A stretch of DNA of 64,000 nt from Trueperaceae bacterium (GTDB lineage: Bacteria; Deinococcota; Deinococci; Deinococcales; Trueperaceae). The stretch lies in NCBI GenBank assembly GCA_965214405.1, contig OZ243956.1, forward strand, positions 2,752,001-2,816,000. Direction: 5' to 3'. The notes under the pieces were generated by a model. The model saw only the letters and a program-made list of their open reading frames with translations. It made no database searches and had not been told where the DNA came from. Positions 60,171 through 64,000 of this stretch are shown here, in pieces. The position numbers and the translations under genes were made by a program. Each line of letters opens with the position of its first letter. The stretch's first letter is position 1.

Positions 60171-61118
60171 CTAAAGAGATTCAACGGCCAGCATTCTTTT
60201 GGCGTGGGTCTCGAGCTCCTTAGCACTCAACTTGTAACTCTGCGCGCCGATGCGGGTGGTGTTTAAGGCCCCCGCGATGTTGCCGAGCCGCGCGGCGTAG
60301 TGCAGGTCGTAGCCCTCCATGATGCCGTGCGCGAAGGCGGCGGTGTAGTAGTCGCCCGCGCCCGTCGTGTCGAGCACGTTGTCGAGCTCAAAGGCCTCGA
60401 CGAGCTCGGTCAACTCCGGGGTCACCACAATCGAGCCCATCGCGCCCACCTTGACGATAACCCGCTCGATGCCCGCCGCCGCGAGCCCCGAGACCGCGTC
60501 CGAGATGGAGGACTCGCCCGTAAGCGTGTAGAGTTCCTGCTGGTTCATGAGCAGATAGTCCACCTCGCGCACGAGCGAGATGAGGCGGCCCTGGAGCGCG
60601 TTGACCGCGCCCGAGCCCATGTCGATAAAGGTGGTGAGGCGCGCGCGTTTAGCGGCCTCTAGCGCGCGCACCGCGTACTCGCGCTGCAAGCCGCCAATCA
60701 AACTGTAGGCGCTCATGACGAGCGCTTCGCAGTCGCTGACCATGCCGGGCTTGAGTTCGGCGGCGTCTAAGTTGCGGCTCGCGCCGCCCGCGCTAATCAT
60801 GGTGCGCTGCGTGTCGGGAGTCACGAGCAGCGTGACCGAGCTTGTTTGCAGGCGGTGGTCCACCTGCACCAGGCTCGTGTCCACCCCGGCGGCGCGCACG
60901 TGCTTGAGCGCCAGGTCGGCAAAAGGACCCTCGCCGACGCGCGTCGCCAACCGCACGTCGTTGCCGAGCATCGCCAGGGCGGTGGCGATGGTGCCGCCCG
61001 CACCGCCGGGTTCCATCACCGCTCGAGACGCCGACGCCTCGCCGCCCGATTCGGGCAGCTCGCTCACAAAATACATTTGGTCGACGGTCACATCGCCGAC
61101 AACAAAAAATTTACACAT
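60171..61118 (-). CDS. PfkB family carbohydrate kinase
   Basis: PGGAG, DTTGAGD. Confidence 0.9.
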   Translation of the reverse strand: MCKFFVVGDVTVDQMYFVSELPESGGEASASRAVMEPGGAGGTIATALAMLGNDVRLATRVGEGPFADLALKHVRAAGVDTSLVQVDHRLQTSSVTLLVTPDTQRTMISAGGASRNLDAAELKPGMVSDCEALVMSAYSLIGGLQREYAVRALEAAKRARLTTFIDMGSGAVNALQGRLISLVREVDYLLMNQQELYTLTGESSISDAVSGLAAAGIERVIVKVGAMGSIVVTPELTELVEAFELDNVLDTTGAGDYYTAAFAHGIMEGYDLHYAARLGNIAGALNTTRIGAQSYKLSAKELETHAKRMLAVESL

Positions 61119-61196
61119 CGACCCTTCCCCCGAGTGGCCTCACAAACGTTGCTTGAGGCAGTATACGGCTAATTCGCAAAAAATACCACTATTCCC

Positions 61197-62111
61197 TCAG
61201 GAGAGTCTGTCCGACAAGCGACGAAAGTCTGTGAGCGTCACCTTTTCCGCCCGCACCCTCGAGTCCAAACCGAGCGCCTCCAGCGCCTCCAGCACCTTTT
61301 CTTTATTAAAACCCGCCATCGTCAGGTTCTTATGGAGCGTTTTGCGGCGGTGCTTAAAGGCGTGCTCGATAAGCGCAAAGGTGGCAGGGTCGGCTTTTGC
61401 CGCGGGGTCTACGTCAAGCCTCACCAGCGAACTCGTCACCTCGGGCGCGGGAAAGAAGGCGCTCGGTTTGATGTCGCGTACTATAATAGCCGTCCCGTAG
61501 TGCTGCACGCGCAAGCTGAGCGCGCCGAACGCCGCGTCGCCGGGACGCGCCACGAGGCGCTGCGCGACTTCCTTTTGGACCAGAAAAACGAGGCGCTTGA
61601 AGCGCAAGGCAGAGAGCCCGCGCATGATGACGGGCGTGGCGACGTTGTAGGGCAAGTTGGCGACGAGCAGACTGCCTTCGGGCAGACTTCTCAAGTCGTA
61701 ACGCAACCCATCCTCGTGAACTATGTCCACATTGGGCAGCCCGCCCACCGTCTCCGCCAAAACGGGCAAGAGGCGCGCGTCAAGTTCAACGCTCACCACC
61801 TGTTTAGCGCGCGCGGCGAGTTCGCGCGTCAAGACGCCCAGGCCGGGGCCAATCTCGAGCACCGTGTCCTCAGCCCCAACCTCACCCGCCTCGGCGACCG
61901 CGCGCAGCGCGTTGCCGTCTATCAAAAAGTTTTGCCCAAACGCCTTGTCAGCGCGTAGGTTGTACTTGTTCAGAAGGTCTCGCACCGTTGACGGCGCGTA
62001 GAGGGGCGCGTTTTCTTGGGGGTGGGCTGAATCCGCCGTGCGTTTCACCAAGTCTTTCGTAATTTTTCTGGAGTTCTGGGGTTCTTTGCGAGGATGAACG
62101 CTTGCATCCAC
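61197..62111 (-). CDS. rsmA: 16S rRNA m6,2A dimethyltransferase
   Basis: FGQNFL, LEIGPGLG, ANLPYNV, QKEVA; true start may be GTG 62048. Confidence 0.93.
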   Translation of the reverse strand: MDASVHPRKEPQNSRKITKDLVKRTADSAHPQENAPLYAPSTVRDLLNKYNLRADKAFGQNFLIDGNALRAVAEAGEVGAEDTVLEIGPGLGVLTRELAARAKQVVSVELDARLLPVLAETVGGLPNVDIVHEDGLRYDLRSLPEGSLLVANLPYNVATPVIMRGLSALRFKRLVFLVQKEVAQRLVARPGDAAFGALSLRVQHYGTAIIVRDIKPSAFFPAPEVTSSLVRLDVDPAAKADPATFALIEHAFKHRRKTLHKNLTMAGFNKEKVLEALEALGLDSRVRAEKVTLTDFRRLSDRLS

Positions 62112-62196
62112 CCTTTGCTACTCACTTGGTTTGGGTGTTTGAGTGCGTCAAACTTTAGCTCGAGCCTAGAGGTAGAGACGTTAAACTCTCTTTCCC

Positions 62197-62688
62197 TTAG
62201 GCCACGCTGGCTTCGATGGTGCTGCTGATGCGCGCTTGCGCCTCGCTCATGCTGAGTTTTTCGACCACCGCGATCTCGCTGGCGAGCATCGTCTTGGCGG
62301 TTTCTAAAATCTCGCGTTCGGTCGCGGCGAGCCCCTTGTCGAAGTCGCGCTGCGCGAGCACGCCGATGAGCCGCGCCAGCTCGTAGGCGTTGCCGCCCGA
62401 GACGATATCTTGCTCCGCCCGGTAGCGCGGCGGCCACTGCGTCGGGAGCGAGAGGTCGGCCTTGGTGATGGTGTCTAACAGCGCCCCAATTTCTTCGGGT
62501 CCCACCGTGAGACGCAGGCCCACTTCCTGACCTTTTCTGAGGGGGACGAGCACGTCCATATCGCCGCGGACAAACGAGATTTTGAGGTATTCGTGCGTTT
62601 CGCCCAGCACCTCCCGCGTCGTTTTTTCGTCCACGACCCCCGCTCCCTGAGACGGGTACACCACATTGTCGCCAACCTTGAATGTCAC
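62197..62688 (-). CDS. carD: CarD family transcriptional regulator
   Basis: FKVGDNVVYPSQGAG, VGLR, conserved Trp in TQWPPR; SD AGGAGG. Confidence 0.88.
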   Translation of the reverse strand: MTFKVGDNVVYPSQGAGVVDEKTTREVLGETHEYLKISFVRGDMDVLVPLRKGQEVGLRLTVGPEEIGALLDTITKADLSLPTQWPPRYRAEQDIVSGGNAYELARLIGVLAQRDFDKGLAATEREILETAKTMLASEIAVVEKLSMSEAQARISSTIEASVA

Positions 62689-62781
62689 AGGTGCGTCCTC
62701 CTAAAGGAAGCGTACCATTGTTTGCATCCCGTGGGCGTTCCGTTATGAGTGAGGGAGCCGGGTCGAGCGGTTACGAGGTCA

Positions 62782-63390
62782 TTAGCTGGGAATCACCCTA
62801 CCCGCATAAAGGGCGAACGCGACAGTACAAGCTTCACCCTCTCCCGCTACCCCTTCACGCTCAGCAGCCTCGAGCGCCTCTCTCATCACCCGCGCGACCG
62901 AAGCGTATCCTTCACGACTTAGCCGCACTTCCGCCATACCCAACGCGGGTTGATAAGCACCAACAGAGACGCCTTTTCCAAGGTTAAGCAGCCCGTACTC
63001 ACTATTTTCTTCGTCGGCTTCACGTTGCACCGCCTCAAAAAATGTCTCGAACGCCCGCGTGAATCCCTTTTGCAATCCCTCAAGGAGCGCGTTCCCACCC
63101 GCCGTTAGCGCCTCTCCCACAACGCCCAACGCTTCTTTGCGAAAGCGAAACTTCGTGCCCACCCGTTCGTAAACCCGGCTGCGCCCGTTTTCGCTCACCA
63201 CGCGCAGCAGACCCGCCTCCGCCAGACGCTTAACCTGGTAATGAAGCCTGTTCGCGGGGACACCAAGTTTTTTGGCGGCGGCGCTGGGGTTGAGGGGTTC
63301 GTCAAAGGTCTCGAGCAACAGATACGTTTCTGCGTTGTGAAGGAGCTCGAGTCCTCGTTCGTCTATGGTCACTGCTGCGCTTTCTGTCAT
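62782..63390 (-). CDS. Winged-helix (ArsR-like) protein
   Basis: AAKKLGVPANRLHYQVKRLAEAGLL. Confidence 0.8.
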   Translation of the reverse strand: MTESAAVTIDERGLELLHNAETYLLLETFDEPLNPSAAAKKLGVPANRLHYQVKRLAEAGLLRVVSENGRSRVYERVGTKFRFRKEALGVVGEALTAGGNALLEGLQKGFTRAFETFFEAVQREADEENSEYGLLNLGKGVSVGAYQPALGMAEVRLSREGYASVARVMREALEAAEREGVAGEGEACTVAFALYAGRVIPS

Positions 63391-63554
63391 GCTTCATTGT
63401 GCATGGACACGTTTTCAAATGCTAGCGGGAGATTTGAAAAGGAGCATTTGGGTGGGGCTTGAGGTTATACAAACTGACAAGTTTTTGAACGTCGCCGACC
63501 TCATGCTAAAATGCGTGTATATGAATGTCGGGCATTCAGCATGGAGGTGTGAGC

Positions 63555-63839
63555 GTGGCAGACATTAGCAAAGTAGGCAAGCGCGGCACCGTCGTTCTCC
63601 CGGCTGCGTTGCGGCGACGCTTCAACATCGAAGAGGGCGCGCTCGTGATTGCTGAGGCGCGCGATGAGGGCATCCTGATTCGGCCCGCTGTGGCGCTGCC
63701 GCTCGAGGTTTACACCCCGGAGCGCCAGGCGGAGTTCTTACTCTCCAACGCGGTAGATGAAGAGGATTACCGGGGGGCGGTCGAAGCCGTGCGGAAGATG
63801 GGCCTAGACCCCGAAGCGATACCTCACCACAAGCCCTAA
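63555..63839 (+). CDS. AbrB/MazE/SpoVT family antitoxin
   Basis: KVGKRGTVVLPAALRRRFNIEEG; SD GGAGGTG. Confidence 0.85.
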   Translation: MADISKVGKRGTVVLPAALRRRFNIEEGALVIAEARDEGILIRPAVALPLEVYTPERQAEFLLSNAVDEEDYRGAVEAVRKMGLDPEAIPHHKP

Positions 63840-63841
63840 CC

Positions 63842-64000
63842 TTGGACATCGTCTTTCTGGACGCCAACGTGCTCTTTTCGGCGACTTACCGCACCGACGC
63901 CGGGCTGCGGAAGTTTTGGGCGTTGGACGTCAAGCTGGTGAGTTCGGCCTACGCTACGGAGGAAGCGCGGAGAAATCTAAAGCCCTCACAGCGGGAGGAT
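63842..64000 (+). CDS. PIN domain (VapC-like) toxin, runs off window
   Basis: TTG start; VFLDANVLFSA..EEARRNL. Confidence 0.82.
   Translation, partial: MDIVFLDANVLFSATYRTDAGLRKFWALDVKLVSSAYATEEARRNLKPSQRED

Overview
GC-rich bacterial chromosomal window with about 60 genes. Gene content and pervasive leaderless promoters suggest Deinococcota, Trueperaceae-like (inference). Housekeeping genes (trmB, TrmJ-like, rsmA, CarD, pruA and proline dehydrogenase, Crp-family regulator) are interspersed with accessory modules: AraC plus BTAD/STAND-TPR regulator, haloalkane dehalogenase, EAL-PAS-GGDEF protein, TetR-GH13 unit, EamA-DUF1203-ada cluster, PadR-ABC exporter, a lower-GC LacI/sugar-ABC/sulfatase island, two IS elements and two toxin-antitoxin loci (one toxin is a pseudogene). 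No rRNA, tRNA or CRISPR array was seen. The main non-genic signals are: about 150 hand-counted copies of the palindrome CTCGAG, nearly absent from foreign DNA; a ~390-bp segment bounded by 19-bp inverted repeats upstream of a Kelch lipoprotein; twin TetR and twin LacI operators; and an identically spaced motif upstream of the two genes preceding ada. I cannot establish a clearly new multi-gene system. All family calls come from motif recognition, not database searches.
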